From positions 1,024,001-1,088,000 of the forward strand of contig CAWJQQ010000001.1 in NCBI GenBank assembly GCA_963845065.1: DNA of 64,000 nt, given 5' to 3'. The stretch comes from Nitrospirota bacterium (GTDB lineage Bacteria; Nitrospirota; UBA9217). A model generated the notes under the pieces. That model was not told where the DNA came from and searched no databases. It saw nothing but the letters and a program-made list of their open reading frames with translations. Each line of letters starts with the position of its first letter. The stretch's first letter is position 1. Shown here in pieces: positions 63,423 to 64,000 of the stretch. A program made the position numbers and the translations under genes.

Positions 63423-64000
63423 ATGGCAAATTATCTTAAAATCATAGTCGCTATGCTCATCTGGAGCACTTGGGGGCCGATGATCCGATGGCTTGCGCTG
63501 CCACCTACCGTCGTTCTTTTTTATACGTCGTTGGTCGCCAGCTTTACTGTCCCAGCCGTTCTTGCGGTCCGAGGAGAACTGCAGTTAGGAGGGATTTGGA
63601 AATACTGGTGGATTTTCGGTCTTCTCACAATCTCCTCAATAACAAACAATATTTCGTATTTTTATGCACTGGGCCACACGACGGTTTCGAATGCCGTCTT
63701 TACTCATTATACGGCGCCGCTCTTCGTAGCTCTTCTCGCGCCGTTCATTCTCTCTGAGCATTTGCAGAAAGTAACTCTTCTGTCGCTCCCTATTGCCGCG
63801 CTTGGTATGACCCTAATCGTTATGACGGGCGGTGGGCTCAACATCGGAGGCGCGCATTCAGCAGGCATCATCGCTGGTACGCTTTCAGGAGTGGCATATG
63901 CATTCATTATAATTTTTTCGCGTCAGCTGAGCCGGCAATTAATGCATCACAGGGCTGTAGTTTTGTTGCTCTGGGGCACTACCCTTGTTATGGCGCCCCT
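63423..64000 (+). CDS. EamA/DMT family transporter, runs off the window
   Basis: MLIWSTWG...YFYALGHTTVSNAVFTHYTAPLFVALLAPFILSE. Confidence 0.85.
   Translation, partial: MANYLKIIVAMLIWSTWGPMIRWLALPPTVVLFYTSLVASFTVPAVLAVRGELQLGGIWKYWWIFGLLTISSITNNISYFYALGHTTVSNAVFTHYTAPLFVALLAPFILSEHLQKVTLLSLPIAALGMTLIVMTGGGLNIGGAHSAGIIAGTLSGVAYAFIIIFSRQLSRQLMHHRAVVLLLWGTTLVMAP

Noticed and set aside
62885..63429. Short ORFs between ahcY and the EamA gene
   Set aside because: No recognisable motifs and conflicting frames; cannot be assigned.

Overview
Bacterial chromosomal window; gene content suggests a Nitrospirota/Desulfobacterota-like organism (inference only). It has two parts. Positions ~2.4-40.4 kb are an accessory region starting at tRNA-Arg(CCT). 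Its first 11.8 kb is a decayed, integrase-less island bounded by a duplicated tRNA 3' half. The accessory region holds integron-like attC/attI remnants, two group II introns, a Phd/YefM-RelE toxin-antitoxin pair, many IS elements (2x IS110/IS1111, IS1634, 2x IS1182, IS630, IS3 remnant, TnpB-only IS200/IS605) and stress/metabolic cargo such as katG. Positions ~40.5-64 kb are mostly core genes: tRNA-Val, thrS-infC-rpmI-rplT, an amidase, prfB, a riboswitch-controlled cobalamin uptake/salvage cluster, metK, ahcY. Most notable is a 2255-bp large serine recombinase (LSR) element inserted exactly in the conserved [10 protein letters not shown] motif of a group II intron reverse transcriptase; its palindromic attP can be reconstructed and mimics the target codons. 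Also, both IS110 elements have CT cores, junction promoters and putative bridge-RNA guides matching their actual insertion sites. All calls come from reading the sequence; no searches were run.
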